64,000 nt of DNA from Hydrolagus colliei (GCA_035084275.1 CM068742.1:682001-746000), one strand, 5' to 3'. Positions 13,745 to 26,814 are shown, numbered from the stretch's first letter. The notes: generated from the sequence alone by a model not told the origin. Numbers and translations: made by a program.

Positions 13745-14311
13745 TATTATGCAAAATATTGCAAGGCATTCTCTTTTTTAAGTTATCTGTGAATATGATG
13801 AATATCAATCGATCTTTATGCACAGAGAGTAATTCATGTTTGGATTGGGTTACCAGGTTAGGTGCTTGAGGCCAGAATGTTGGACTCATTTAAGAAATAG
13901 TTTGATGTGTTCAGAGTGCTCCGAGATGCAACTCTGGGTGAAAGACACTATATAAATGCAAGTTGTTGATGATGATGCTGCTGAAATGGAAGGAAGGGTA
14001 GGTATTCTGGAAAGTCCAGATCAAATGAACCCAGACTCTTCATCTGAAACTCTCATTGTGAAACGGTCTGCAGCCAGCTCCACAGACAAAGCATTTGGCA
14101 TTCAACATCTCCTTTTGGTTTCTATTGCTAAACCAGTTCCTGTGCTACTAGCTAACCCCGTGCGTGTGTTTTGTGTGTCATTTACTCTATAAGCTTTAAC
14201 CTTCTTAAAAAGCATGAAAATGGGAAATGTGGTTGTGAGAGAATATGAAAACCAGCAAGAGGGAAGATGCAACCTGTATTTTTTTTTAAAAGTCAAAGAC
14301 ACAAACATATT

Positions 14312-14636
14312 AGGCGTCCTGTAGCTCAGTGGTTAGAGCACTCACTCGCCTGACAAGCATGAAATCTGTGTTTCGAATCCAGGCAGGTCAGGGCAAAACT
14401 TTGGGCAAGTTTCCTTACTCCACACATCTAATAATAATCTCCAAAAAATATTCAAGAATAAAATTGATCATTTCAATCCACGACTGTTTGTGGGGGACGC
14501 TGCTGTGTGCGATTGGCTGCCGCGTTTCACCCACAAATTTACAGTCAATTCACTCTGCAGTATATTCTGTGAAGTGCTTGGAGACGTCTAGAAGACGTGA
14601 AAAGCCACTATATCAAATGCAAGGATCATTATTAAT
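14312..14636 (+). mobile_element. tRNA-derived SINE, full length
   Basis: A box TAGCTCAGTGG, B box TTCGAATCC, family body and tail. Confidence 0.9.
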
Positions 14637-15873
14637 ACAGTAAACATAATGAAGCAGAAAGACAGAGAAAAGAAATGAAAAATAACTGAGGTAAAAAAAG
14701 AGGTGAGCATTAGAGTTATATCCCACATTGCATCAATGTTCTTTCCATGAGCACAAGTGAAAATGCATCAAGGAAATACAGTAATGGCATGTTCTGTTGC
14801 TTCTCTTTTGTATTGCTGTACAATGTAATATAATATTAAGGATATAATATTATTTCTTGCATTTGAATATTGACATTATCACATCATTGAGATGTCTCAA
14901 AGCACTTCATAGAATATAATGTAAAGTGTAGAGTATGGAAACACCCCCCAATAGATTCCACATAGGAATCAGAAAACGCAACAACAAAATTAGATTTTTA
15001 GAGCGCCTCTCACGCCGGGAGGAACATCCCAAGGCTCTGAAGAGTGTCAGGTATGTGGGGAAAATGCAAGGGGACAAACATATGGTACTCAGGCAACGTG
15101 TGGATATGACATGAGAACAGTGCACGATTCAAACTGCGGATGCATTTCCTTCATAGTTGTAAAGGTATATTCACAATGTGCAGATCACCGCAACCCGTGT
15201 GTGACAATTATACTGTAAAATGATACGACGGTTAGCACAATCAGTGTCTTGGCATCAAGTATGTTTACTGGAGAGTTTGAGGTAAGCTGCAGTCATGACA
15301 TCAAGTTCCCATCAACAAACACCGCCCTGTGCTTTCACCCTGTCACCGTTTCTCAATCATTCTCTCCTGTTCTTTATTATATTTGTACTTTTACATATTT
15401 CTTTTGCCTTTTTTTCTAATTGATCTTTGAGGTGCTCCCAGACGCTGTGCTGGGTGAAAGGTGTAATATAACTTCAAGTTGTTATCGTTGAATCTTTTCG
15501 AACAATTTGCCCCTAAAATACTAGAACCTTTCAAATGAAATTGATCAGCTCACAATGTTTGTGAGATGTGGCTGTGTGCAAATTGGCTGCTGCATTTGCC
15601 CTAAAATTGGATAGCCACTGTACTTAAGAGACATCTCAACGATGAGATGTGATGAGATGCTACATCAAACGCAAGAATTATTATCATCCTGTCAATTAAT
15701 AAACAGTGATTTACATTTTATATTGTATAATATTTAGTAGCCCTGAACTTTGCTTCATGTGATTATATTATAATACATTGGTTCTCCCTGTGCGGCAGGC
15801 TGCCTGGACGCAGATCCCCCGCTGAATGCTGAACGCAGGTCTATGTTGGTGAAAGGGATTTGGGCTTTATTCT

Positions 15874-15888
15874 GTTGCCTGTAGCAAC
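15874..15888. promoter_or_regulatory. RFX X-box motif upstream of the EFCAB6-like gene
   Basis: GTTGCCTGTAGCAAC fits the X-box consensus GTNRCC-N0-3-RGYAAC, about 220 bp before the ATG. Confidence 0.6.
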
Positions 15889-16107
15889 CTTTCCGTGTTG
15901 ATTAGGAGACAAGGATCTGGGTGAACCACCAAACTCTGAGCTAGGTCGATGCATTTCTCCTTCTGGTTTTATTTCTCTGTGATTATTGTATAGAAAGGAA
16001 TACTTTTATTTCCAATCTTTTCCTATTATAGATATATATATATATGTACTGTGTACACATTATATCTATATATATATATATATATATATTATACATTGTT
16101 GCTGAGG

Positions 16108-16432
16108 ATGGCAGCTCAAGGTGGAATGTCCCGAGTTTCAAGCCAGACTATTCCCCGGCTCCCTCAGATCCAACACCCGCTGTCCCGCCTCGGAGACCCG
16201 GAGACCATCTCGGTGCGAGGCTTCTCCAGGACCGGCGACAGGAGGGAGGCAGAGCAGCCGAACGAGCAGCCTGAGGGAGGAGAGGCGAGGGACCCACTCC
16301 CCAGCAGCCGGCGTAAGGGGCAGAGGGAGCGGGAGGTCGAGAGGTTGGGTAGGGGATCACTGCGGCACATCCCCGAGGGAGTCGAGGTGACGGTCGGGAC
16401 TGAGCCCAACAAACCCCGACTCCCGGTCTTTG
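16108..16432 (+). CDS. EFCAB6-like coding exon 1
   Basis: ATG in AGGATGG context; MAAQGGMSRV...KPRLPVF; GC/CpG-rich; donor G|GTAAGT, phase 1. Start codon is inferred. Confidence 0.7.
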
Positions 16433-16537
16433 GTAAGTCAGATTCTCATCAACCTAACATGGTGCTCGGACGGCAATCAATTGAGAAACCACCCAAAGTG
16501 CCCTGTCACAACATTCATCTACGTAATTGTGTTGATA

Positions 16538-16830
16538 ATAATTTTTGCATTTAATATAACACGCTTTTCACGTCTTCTAGAAGTCTCAAAGCGCTTCACG
16601 GAATACACTGTAAAGTGAATTGACTGTATATATTTGTGGGTGAAACGCGGCAGCCATTCCCCCACAAACAGCCGTGGATTGAAATGACCGATTTATTATA
16701 AATTTTTCCTGAGGCATTATTATCGGGTGTGTGGAGTAAGGAAACTTGTCCAAGGTTCTGCTCTGTTGGGAATCTAACCCAGGTCTCTTGCTTGCGAGGC
16801 AAGTGCTCTAACCACTGATCTACAGAAGTC
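16538..16830 (-). mobile_element. tRNA-derived SINE, full length
   Basis: Reverse complement of the family consensus. Confidence 0.85.
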
Positions 16831-17437
16831 CTCCTCTTCTATATCTTGACACATAAATGTAAAGTGTAAGTTGTTAAAGTTGTTGTTGTTGTCTGTTCGG
16901 ACCAGGTTCATAGGTTTTGCGTTCCGTTCACAATAAGAGTTTCCAGATATTCAGATGAAGCCTGACAAACATTTGATTCTAATAAGGTCCGGGTATTCAC
17001 AAAGGAAATAAGGGATAGTAATACTGTACCACCAAAAAATAATAATTTGGCCACTCAAACCACAACTGTTTGTGGGACACTGCTGTGCACAATTGGCTGC
17101 CGCGTTTCGCCCACAAATATACACTCAATTCACTTTACAGTATATTCTGTGAAGCGCTTTGAGAGGACATCCTCCCAAATTGAAAGGCGCTCTATAAATA
17201 TAATTTTGTTATTGTTGTTGTTTTCTCAAAGACATGAAAAGCGCTATATCATTTTCAACGATTATTATCATAACCTTCTCACTCAATCTCACCAAGTTGA
17301 CTTTGGAAAAGACAAGGGTTAGTAGACTTCTACATATTATAGCACAATCCGTGTGCTGTAAAATAAAGCTTTTTTTCTAATGTAAAACCAACCCATCCCT
17401 TTGCTTATTTGCTTTATGATTTACTTTCCCATCCCAG

Positions 17438-17544
17438 GGCAGCGAGCAGACCTGGAAAATCGTACTGAGAGCAGAATAAGCCAGAGCAGCAGGTCAATTA
17501 ACACATCCCGTCCGGGGACACATTTGAGGATTGAGATTGACGAG
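17438..17544 (+). CDS. EFCAB6-like exon 2
   Basis: CCCAG| acceptor; GQRADLENRTESRISQSSRSINTSRPGTHLRIEIDE; |GTATGA; phase 1->0. Confidence 0.75.
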
Positions 17545-18198
17545 GTATGAATCGAGATATTGTTCACTCCCTTTCATATTCATACAATTATTGTTGCATT
17601 CTTAAATAGTAATGTTATTATTGTTTCTATGAAAAAGTTTTCCCAGGTGTACCACATCAATAGGCACGTGAGGAATTTTGACCTGTTTTTACTGTCAATA
17701 CCATACCTCAGTGTCTAAGAAGACAAAAACAACAATAACATTTAGATCGCACCATTCTTGTAGGGCTTCACGACGGAGTTAGATAGATAATAATAGTAAT
17801 TCTTGCATTTGATACTATGCCTTATCACATCGAGGCATCTCATAGCGCTTCACAGGATATACTGTAAAGTGGTTCAGTTTTGTGGGAGAAACACTCGCGT
17901 CCGAAATACTGTCTGTCCAGTGCCTTGGGATGTCATCCTGACATGAAAGGCGCAGTACAAGTGTAATTTTGTTGTTGTTATCTTATGTTAAAGGTGCTAT
18001 ATTAATGTGAGTTGTACTGAACCAGCCTTGTGATCTTCTGATTACCCCAAGCACGTTTGATTCTTCGAAGTGCGAACCAGCAAATCCCTAAATGAAAAAA
18101 TAATGTTTCATTAATGCACACAGAGATGCACTGTAACTGTTAAGTAACTTCCTGCAAATCTGACATTTTGGACCCTAAAATATTATTGTATTTTTCAG

Positions 18199-18299
18199 CT
18201 TGAATATGTGCTCCGTGAAAAAATGAAGTCTGCTGGCTATTTTGCTATCAAACAGCTGTTTAAAGCCAATGATCCTGAAGGAAAGGGACAGGTTAATAG
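18199..18299 (+). CDS. EFCAB6-like exon 3
   Basis: TTTTTCAG|; LEYVLREKMKSAGYFAIKQLFKANDPEGKGQVN(R); |GTAATG; phase 0->2. Confidence 0.85.
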
Positions 18300-18761
18300 G
18301 TAATGGGATCTTTGTTGACCGAGGAAAAAGAAATCCACTTGCATCTATATAGCTGTGATTTCCAGTTGCAAAAGGTGGGAGTTGCTAGAGGTGACTTCTC
18401 CAGTAACTGGAAACAATTTTGGCTAGTCCACCACAACTCTGCTCTGAAAGTAGATGGAGCCAGGGTTCTGATGGTTCTGTTGGGTCCCACATGAAATATT
18501 GCAGGTACAGGAAAGAATCCTTATTTGTGTCTCAGAGTCCTTACTAAGGAATCGCTGTGTTTTAGTTCTCAGTGTGAACACAGAGCAATCTGTGGAGGCT
18601 CATCAGATGAGGCAATTGAGGCACTGCCTTACCTAGAATTTCGGGACCACAGGAAAAGGCAAGGCAGTAACTGGCACGGGAGCCACGGGAACAAGGCAGT
18701 ACCAGTGCTCGACCAAGGCCAACAGGAGAGAGACCAAGATATCATAACAACAACTTGCATA

Positions 18762-18974
18762 CAGTAAAAGCCAATTTATCCATGACCCGATCAACCGTAA
18801 CTTCTGTATAACCGGCACCTCAAAGAAAAGGTCCCCATTCGATTAACCGGAATTTATCCGACACAATGCTTTTTTTTCACAAAAATAAATTCTGTGTTTT
18901 TGGCCGAATATCCGACACTACTTTAACCGGCATTGGTCAGGTCCTAAGGGTGCCGGATAAATAGGCTTTTACTG
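18762..18974. mobile_element. Tigger-type MITE (about 213 bp)
   Basis: TIRs CAGTAAAAGCCAATTTATCC and (reverse complement) CAGTAAAAGCCTATTTATCC; TA on the left; a second copy lies at 13.7 kb. Confidence 0.8.
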
Positions 18975-19059
18975 TGTGTATACATATATATATCCATGCC
19001 AGGTGTAGTCTCAGAGTTCTGAGAATATGTAACATTATGGTATTATAAAATAATACTGA

Positions 19060-19345
19060 TAATAATCCTTGCATTTTGATGTAGTACTGATCACACTTTT
19101 GAAACGTCTCGAAGCGCTTCACAGAATATATTATAAAGTAAATTGTATATTTTGTGGGTGAAATGCAGCAGCCAATTGCACACAGCAGTGTCTCACAAAC
19201 GTGGATTAATTGACCACCTTTTTTTTAAAGGGATTATTACCCCCAGAAAGCGATCTCCAATCAATTAACAATCAGGTTCCTACTTACTGCTAGGTAAACC
19301 AAAACATGTGTGGAGTAAGGAAACTTGCCTAAGATTTCGTTCTGC
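19060..19345 (-). mobile_element. SINE, older long-centre subfamily
   Basis: Family tail and body plus the AACAATCAGGTTCCTACTTAC segment. Confidence 0.8.
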
Positions 19346-19401
19346 CTGGGGATTGAATCTGAGTGGTTTTACTAATAAGCTCAGGACTCCACATTGCACA
19401 T

Positions 19402-19740
19402 GCTCCTGTGGCTCAGTGGTTAGAGCACTTGTCTTGCAAGATGGGGAGACTAAGTTGGGGAGACCTGTGTTCGAATCCAGGCAGGTCAGGGCGAAACCTT
19501 GGGCAAGTTTCCTTACTCCACTCACACGCCTAATAATAATCCCTCCAAAAAAACCACAATAATAAAATTGGTCATTTCAATCCACGACTGTGTGTGGGAC
19601 ACTGCTGTGCGCAATTGGCTGCCGCGATTCACCCACAAATATATACAGTCAATTCACTTTACAGTATATTCTGTGAAGCGCTTTGGGACGTCGATAAGAT
19701 GTGAACAGCGCTATATCAAATGGAAGGATTATTATTATAC
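19402..19740 (+). mobile_element. tRNA-derived SINE, full length
   Basis: TGGCTCAGTGG A box, GTTCGAATCC B box, (ATT)n tail. Confidence 0.9.
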
Positions 19741-19870
19741 ATTATTATATTATATGCGCAAAGGGCACACATAGTCACACAATAGCTTGGTTGGGCAAAC
19801 TAATCTGACAAAAGGTCACTGGGAACTTAAAAGCCACAGATTGATGATTTGTTTGTACTGTATTTCCTAG

Positions 19871-19948
19871 GGACATTCTGCTGATGATGGTGACAAAATT
19901 CCTCGGCAGATTCATCAGTTCAAAACAATTCCAACAACTTCTTTTAAG
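19871..19948 (+). CDS. EFCAB6-like exon 4
   Basis: TTTCCTAG|; DILLMMVTKFLGRFISSKQFQQLLL(R); |GTCTGT; phase 2->2. Confidence 0.8.
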
Positions 19949-20562
19949 GTCTGTAACATGCTTGGAGGTGTTTTGCTTTTGTCAGGGCAAACGCATTTTA
20001 CAATATTCTTAAAGAAAGAATGTTTTGAATTCAGATAATTCTTTGTGACAGATAAGACCATCCAAAATTTGCTGAATTGAAATATTTTCATATTTGGGGT
20101 CTGAAAAGACCTCCTTTGGGCTCCATCTGGGACAGCCCCAAAGTAAACATAAAAATAATCAAGACTCTACATTGAAAAAAGGAATCATTCGAAAAATGAA
20201 TTGGATAACAACAAGAACAACAACCAAATTATGCTTATGTAGCCTTTCACGTCAGGAGGACATCCCAAGGCATTGGATAAAAACCTGTTTGGCAGTAAAC
20301 AATGAGGAAATGTATAAGTAGTTAATAATAACAAACAATCCTTGTATTTGATATAACGCCTTATCACATAAGAATCACATTGGACAATACAGTGTGCCAC
20401 AGGTATCAACCTGGACCGTGAGGATGGGTCAACATGGGGCTTGAACCCACAACGCTTCTGACATAGAGGCAAGAGAGCCACCCCCTAAGCCAGACTGACA
20501 TCGACATTGAGAAGTTTAAATTACACAGTCAAACAAGCTGACATTTATTGTTACATTAACAG

Positions 20563-20736
20563 GTTTAAATTACATGATAAGATCACCGTTAAATATGAGG
20601 AGTTTTATGCTGCCGTCAGAGACCCAATCACACCTGGAGCTCCAATGTGGCTCGATCCCATCCATCGACACAGTGATAGGATGCTGATGACTGCATCTCA
20701 GGTTCATTCGCAGCTGAAGGAAAGGGCAAGGCAGAG
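20563..20736 (+). CDS. EFCAB6-like exon 5
   Basis: AACAG|; FKLHDKITVKYEEFYAAV...SQLKERARQ(R); |GTAAGC; phase 2->2. Confidence 0.85.
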
Positions 20737-21102
20737 GTAAGCACTAGCCAGTTGCAATTACCGGTCAGTTGTTCCATTGAAAACTAACAATATGGTACAA
20801 AAAACATCTTCTGATTTAGTATTTTATAAATTGAAATATCGATTGAATCCTCACTTCATTATCTATTGTGGTGAAACATGTTCTTGTAAATACATTGACA
20901 AGCTATATAGGTATGCAAAGATTATGGGTTCAGTACAGTATAAAATAGTACAATGCAATTAAGACCTTAAAGGCGCTATACAACTGTAATTTTGTTGTTG
21001 TTGATAAAACTATCTTAGACTACAAGGTACAGGTTTCAGTACTGTACTACCTTATGAGCATTACTCTTTTAAATCGACCTCTATGATTCTGTGAACCTCT
21101 AT

Positions 21103-21411
21103 TAATAATAATCCATGCATTTGATATAGCGCTTTTTACGTCTAGATGTCTCAAAGCACTTCACAGAATATACAGTGCTGTAATGTGAATTGACTGCATA
21201 TTTGTGGGCCAAACGCAGTGTCCAATTGCGCACCGCAGTGTCCCACAGTCGTAGATTGAAATTACCAATTTTATTATTTATTTGGGAGGGATTATTATTA
21301 TTATTATTAGGCGTGTGGAGTAAGGAAACTTGCCCAAGGTTTTGCCCTGCCGGGATTCGAACACAGGTCTCAGGCTTGTAAGGCGAGTGCTCTAACCACT
21401 GAGCTACAGGC
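21103..21411 (-). mobile_element. tRNA-derived SINE, full length
   Basis: Reverse complement of the family consensus including A/B boxes. Confidence 0.88.
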
Positions 21412-21720
21412 TATTGTGTACAGATTCCACCCCAATTTATACATGTGACATTTGCATGGTGAAAGGGCATTGCATTGGGATTAAAAGATCTAACAGGATC
21501 TCATGAACTGGTGGAATTCGCAATGCACTAGACTTAAATCTCACCAAACGTGAGCTTTGCAAAGCTGAATCAGTCGCTAATCTGAAGGTGCAATTAATGC
21601 AACAAATCCAGTTTGCAAATATTGCAAATTAGACCATTGTGTGCATCTGCATAGGTACTTTTTGCTGACACTGTTATGTTAACTATTTTCCTACCATGCT
21701 ATTTTTAATGCTATTGTTAG

Positions 21721-21858
21721 ATTTCCAGATCTGACTCAAATTCTGCCCCAGAAGAACCCTGAAGGAACTGTGAGGTTGCTGGAACCTGAATTCAGAAGCC
21801 TGTTAAATCAACTGGGGTACCAGATGGAAGATGAGGAGTTCAAAAAGTTATGCAAAAG
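21721..21858 (+). CDS. EFCAB6-like exon 6
   Basis: TGTTAG|; FPDLTQILPQKNPEGTVRLLEPEFRSLLNQLGYQMEDEEFKKLCK(R); |GTAGTT; phase 2->2. Confidence 0.85.
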
Positions 21859-22009
21859 GTAGTTCAAATGAAAGCGACCATTAACTAAATTAAAAACTGT
21901 TGAGTAAGTGAGAACTTAGAGTAACATAGGACTCCCTCGCTCCTCCCTACACACAGTGAACAAGTTAGAAGTATGTTGTCTGTAGCCCCTCTAGCACCAG
22001 ACGCTTTGA

Positions 22010-22470
22010 GCCTGTCATCCCTTTCCTTGTTCGGCTCCACTGGCTTCCCATCCCCCAGAGGATACAGTTAAAAATTCTCATCCTCGCCTTCAAAGCCCTT
22101 TCTCCTCCAGACCTCTGTGACCTGCTAACTCCATATCGATCTGTTCACTCCCTCCACTCAGCAGGCTCTGGCCTTCTCTATGTCCCCCACCCAGCCCACC
22201 CCACTAGGTTGGCTTACTGCCTCTCTTCCCCCACCCTTTGAAACTCCATCCCACAGTCCATTCACCTCACTCACTTGATTGCCTCCTTCAAGGCCTGTCT
22301 CAAGATCTTTCTCTTCAACCGAGCCTTTGGCCACTATCCTACCCCTGCCGTCTCTGCTCTCCACTTCTTCTGATCTCAAACTTAGGTCCAAATCCCTAAC
22401 TTGCCAGGATTGGGACATTCTCTCAATATGAAAGGCACTATACAAATGTAATTTGTTAACGTTGTCGTTT
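22010..22470 (+). mobile_element. L2 LINE 3' fragment
   Basis: Degenerate LHWLP...KIL.L.FKAL coding remnant and a GAAAGGCACTATACAAATGTAATTTGTT tail. Confidence 0.7.
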
Positions 22471-23162
22471 TAGGTCCCAGGCCGATCCCCTGCACCATCG
22501 GCAGATGTGCTTTAAAAAAAGGAATCATTCCATTCTACCCCACTCTCTGACCTCCATCCTGGAATCCCTCTACCGTGTCCGCTCCCTCCCTGCTATTAAA
22601 ACCCACATTAAGGTTTTCCTCTTTGACCATGATTTTTGGCCTATTGGTTCCCTCCCACAACTCTCCTCAGATGTCCAGTCTTTCGGAAAAGTTTTGAAAC
22701 ATCCGCCCAATTTGAAAGGCACAATTGAGAAATCTTCTTGACATGAAAAGAGTAGTACAATTTCTCATCCTTTTCAGCATCATATATACATATAAATAAG
22801 GTCTCAATGTGCTCTAAGGTCTCTTAGACTCTTCAAGCTTGAAGATGCTCTTTGGACTTGTTTTCAAGGCAAGCTCATTCCTATGACACTGAAGCTCATC
22901 CTCTTTAATCTCTTCTGGATTCACGTATGTCAGGATTGAACCATAACACTAGTAAGTATCCTCCAAAGGGTGAGGAGTGGAGATAGGTTAAGCTGGCTCC
23001 AGGGTGATGTGCCTGGCAACATACCAGAGCAAAGCACATATTTCTCTCATATTATCATATTAGTAACTTTAAGAGAGATGCTCTGGTCTGTCTGTCTCTG
23101 AACTTGCATTCAGTTCCAAGGTATTTCACTCATTCCTGCATCTTGTTACTGCCTTCAAACAG

Positions 23163-23284
23163 GTATGACACCGATGGTCTTGGTTTTATTAAAGAAGATG
23201 TACTGATGAGAAAACTCAGAACGGCAAATAGTGAAAATAGTGACAGAAAGTCATGGGAGCAAATGAGTTTGGAGGATTCAGCAA
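23163..23284 (+). CDS. EFCAB6-like exon 7
   Basis: AACAG|; YDTDGLGFIKEDVLMRKL...SLEDSA; A|GTATGT; phase 2->1. The 3' boundary is less certain. Confidence 0.78.
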
Positions 23285-24002
23285 GTATGTGCCAATTTTA
23301 TCTTCCAAAGAAATACTATCTAATACCTTCCTCAGAATGCTTAACAGTGCCGAGCTCAAAAACGAGGGGAGGTGGCTGTAGACATGTAACTAGCTTCCAG
23401 TTAATACAGATTTACAGGACAAAGATCTATGAATGGTTTCTATTCTATTCTATATTTTATGGAGGTTTCCTGCTCTCCTTCCCCCTGCCCTGACCCCTCC
23501 CCTTGACATCTTTTCCCCCCCATTTCCCCTAATCCCACTTCCATGACTGTTTGTGGGACACTGCTGAGCACAATTTGGCTGCCGCGTTTCGCCCACAAAT
23601 ATAGTCAATTTTCCCACTTTTCTTTGTCCTGCCACTCCCCCTCCCCCTCCCCCCATGCTCTTCTCCCTACCTGACTGTACAGCGCCTTGGGACGTCCTCG
23701 CGACGTGAAAGGCACTACGTAAATGTAAGTTTTGATTGATTGATTGATTGGTCGGTCGGTCGATCGATCGATTGATTGATTGAATTCATGCAACAACATT
23801 ACTGGGTTTCAGTGCCTTGGATGATGTGAAAGGCACTCTATGAATTTCATTTTGTTGTTTGTTGTTGGGTTGCCTTGCTGAAGTTAAAATATCTTTCAAC
23901 ATATAAAGACTGCCTGTTCTTCAAGCCTACAAGAATGAGTTTATAGTTTCTCTCCAAGTAAGCTTTCTGTGAGGTTCTTACATGGTGTATTGCTCTCCCC
24001 AG

Positions 24003-24145
24003 GACCTCCGAGGATCCTGAGCAAAGCAGAGCATGAAAGGAGAACTTCTCTCGACATTGAAAAATGGCTGAAAAATAAATTCAGGGAAGGATATAAGCTC
24101 ATGAAAGAAAAGTTTGAAAAGTACGACGTGAAGCAAACAGGCAAA
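24003..24145 (+). CDS. EFCAB6-like exon 8
   Basis: CTCCCCAG|; PPRILSKAEHERRTSLDIEKWLKNKFREGYKLMKEKFEKYDVKQTGK; |GTAATT; phase 1->0. Confidence 0.85.
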
Positions 24146-24743
24146 GTAATTACGTGTGTCATATTCTTCTTATCTCCCCTATTCAGGATTGCTAAAGTCC
24201 CATTGTTGGCCCACAAACCTTCAGGCACTTTGCCCTCCCTCTGAAACTCTTTCCAAATTCTCTCTCGTGCCTCCCTTCTACATCTTTTGCTTTTAAATCC
24301 CACCTGAAGACCTACTTCTTTGACTGTACTTTCTCTCCAAACCCCCGAGCTTCTTCCCAGCTTCGGCTCCCCCTCCGTCTTTGTAAAGTATTTTGAGAAT
24401 ATTCTTCCAATGTGAAAGGTACAATTTAATTGTAAACTGATGTTGTTGTAGTGTGACTGTGCAACTGCAGTCGCTGCTTTTTTGATCTATTTTATGCACG
24501 TTTCTGTTATTGAGGAAACCACATGCGAAGTTGAAATATTACAGAGTGTTACGTTGAAAGGTATTGTAACTTTAGCAAGCATTGTAAAAGCACCTCCACA
24601 AATCAAATTGAACTTTGCCTCAACCACATTGCCTCTTGCATTGAATTGTATTACCTTCAAAGGATTTTTTTTTTCAACATTTTTTTCTGGCATATTTTTG
24701 TTGCAAACGGCCAATTGTTTTTCGCTTCCCTGTGAATTCGCAG

Positions 24744-24940
24744 GTGATGCCTCAAGACTTCCTATCTGTGCTGGAGAAGTTTGACCTGCACCTAAAAGAT
24801 GAGCATTTCAACCTGTTCCTAGCAAGGTGCAATCTTCAGAACAGCAAATGTGGCATCGATTACACCAAATTCCTCAAAAACTTCCAGGACCGAAGTGAGA
24901 ATGGGATGCCGCATAAAATTATGTCCAATCCTAAGCACAG
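24744..24940 (+). CDS. EFCAB6-like exon 9
   Basis: CGCAG|; VMPQDFLSVLEKFDLHL...IDYTKFLKNFQDRSENGMPHKIMSNPKH(R); |GTTAGT; phase 0->2. Confidence 0.88.
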
Positions 24941-25199
24941 GTTAGTGGGTTCCCTTTCTCACCCTTGTGGGATATGTTTTACATGATCCCAGCAACAACA
25001 ACAACAACAAAATTACATTTATAGAGCGCCTTTCACGTCGGGAGGACGATCCCAAGGCATTGAACAGACAGGGGTTGGGACCCGAGCATGGGGGGGAGGG
25101 GCAAGATAGGGGCAATATAACAGCAGAGTTATATTGTAGTCTCTGTTTCACTGCCCCATAATGTGTAAATATTTTCCAGGCTCTTACTTAACAATGTCG

Positions 25200-25995
25200 A
25201 CTCCAGGACTACCACTGTCCTGACAGACTGTCTGTCAGACATCAAGTCCTGGATGAGAGCTAACTTTCTACAGTTGAATGTCAATAAGACAGAGGCCCTC
25301 CTGATTGGCTCACGCCAGCGCCTCCTTGCATCAGGCGCTGGCTGCATCAACCTCCATGGTTTCACACTCAACCTCACCAAACCAGTCAGGAGCCAGGTGT
25401 CTTGTTCGACCCTCAACTGTCTTTTCTCCCCCACATCCAAGGAATGACTCGCTCTGTCTTTCCTCATCACCACAGCATTTTCCGACTCCGCCATTACCTC
25501 ACCCCCAAAGCCGCTGAAACCCTCAATCATGCCTTCATTACATCCCGGCTCGATTATACAAATGCCTTGCTGGTCAGCCTTCCCAATTCTTCCCTCCACA
25601 GGCTGCAGATAATCCAGAACTCCGCGTCCCGTTCCAAACTCTATGATCCAATCTCCCCCATCCTTGCCTGACTCCATTGGCTCCCCATCATCCAGAGGAT
25701 CCAATTCAAGATCCTGGTCCTCACATTTAAAGCCCTCCACAACCTCGCCCCACTCTACATCCGTGACCTCCTATCCCCTTGCCAACCTGCCCACCCCCTT
25801 CACTCAGCAGACTCTGGCCTGCTCCACGTCCTCCCGACCCACCCGCCCAACCATTGGCGGCTGAGGCTTCAGCCACTCTGCCCCCAACCTCTGAAACTCC
25901 ATCCCGCAGGCCCTGCGCCTCGCCCCCTCCCTGGCCTTCTTCAAGTTTCGCCTCAAGACTCTCCTCTTCGATGGACCATTCGGCAACTCCTTACC
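25200..25995 (+). mobile_element. L2 LINE ORF2 3' fragment (decayed)
   Basis: WMRANFLQLNVNKTEALLIG; HAFITSRLDYTNALL; frameshifts and stops. Confidence 0.88.
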
Positions 25996-26452
25996 CCACT
26001 CAGGATCCTTTGCTGATGCTGCATTATAGCCAGCCACTGACAAAGATAAGAGCAGTTCTGAACGACTATCCCTGTGTGGTTCTTTCCATTTAGGGAATGC
26101 TTCAGTTCTGTTTTGTACCTTTCTGTGTTGACAAGGGTGAGATTAAGAGCTTCAAAGTTCTGTGCCACTATGTTGCACATAAATTGGATCATTTTATTTT
26201 CACCCTCAAAATTTGGGATAGTCATTCATTTACGATTATTAGCTCTTCCCACTGAAACTGTCTTCACTTTTAATACTAAGCACAAACCTCAACAGCCAAT
26301 TGGATGTACATGTATTGGAGTCTTTCCTGACTGTGGGTCTATTTATTTTTACCTGGCCTCCTGTTTACCTGATAGTCTTGGTTTATTATTATTGATGCAC
26401 GATCACTAAAAATACCATTGATTTAAAAAATATATATATTTTTCTTTTTAAG

Positions 26453-26560
26453 ATTCAATCAAGAAGGAAGCCCCAGTTTATGCACAACACTGACTGCGAT
26501 TGAAGCAAAGTTGACAAGGCTGTTTCAGTCAGATTTCCTTTCACTTTTAGCTACCTTTCA
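26453..26560 (+). CDS. EFCAB6-like exon 10
   Basis: TTTTTAAG|; FNQEGSPSLCTTLTAIEAKLTRLFQSDFLSLLATF(H); |GTAAGT; phase 2->2. Confidence 0.82.
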
Positions 26561-26814
26561 GTAAGTACTCCAGTGATTTAGGATATTTTAGTAAACAAAT
26601 TAAGTCTTAACTTTTTCAACAACATAAGCCCATTTACAAGTAGAAATCTATCAATTCCCCCCCCCCCCCTCCACCTTCCCCATCCACACAGCAAGTCTGT
26701 CTGTCAGGGTGCTTGGCCCTGAACCTGGCTTCTGGCGCAGATAAGATCTGCGGTACCTGGATTGAGCGAGGAGCCTGCTAAACGGCATTACAGGGCTGAT
26801 TTATGGAGTGAAGT

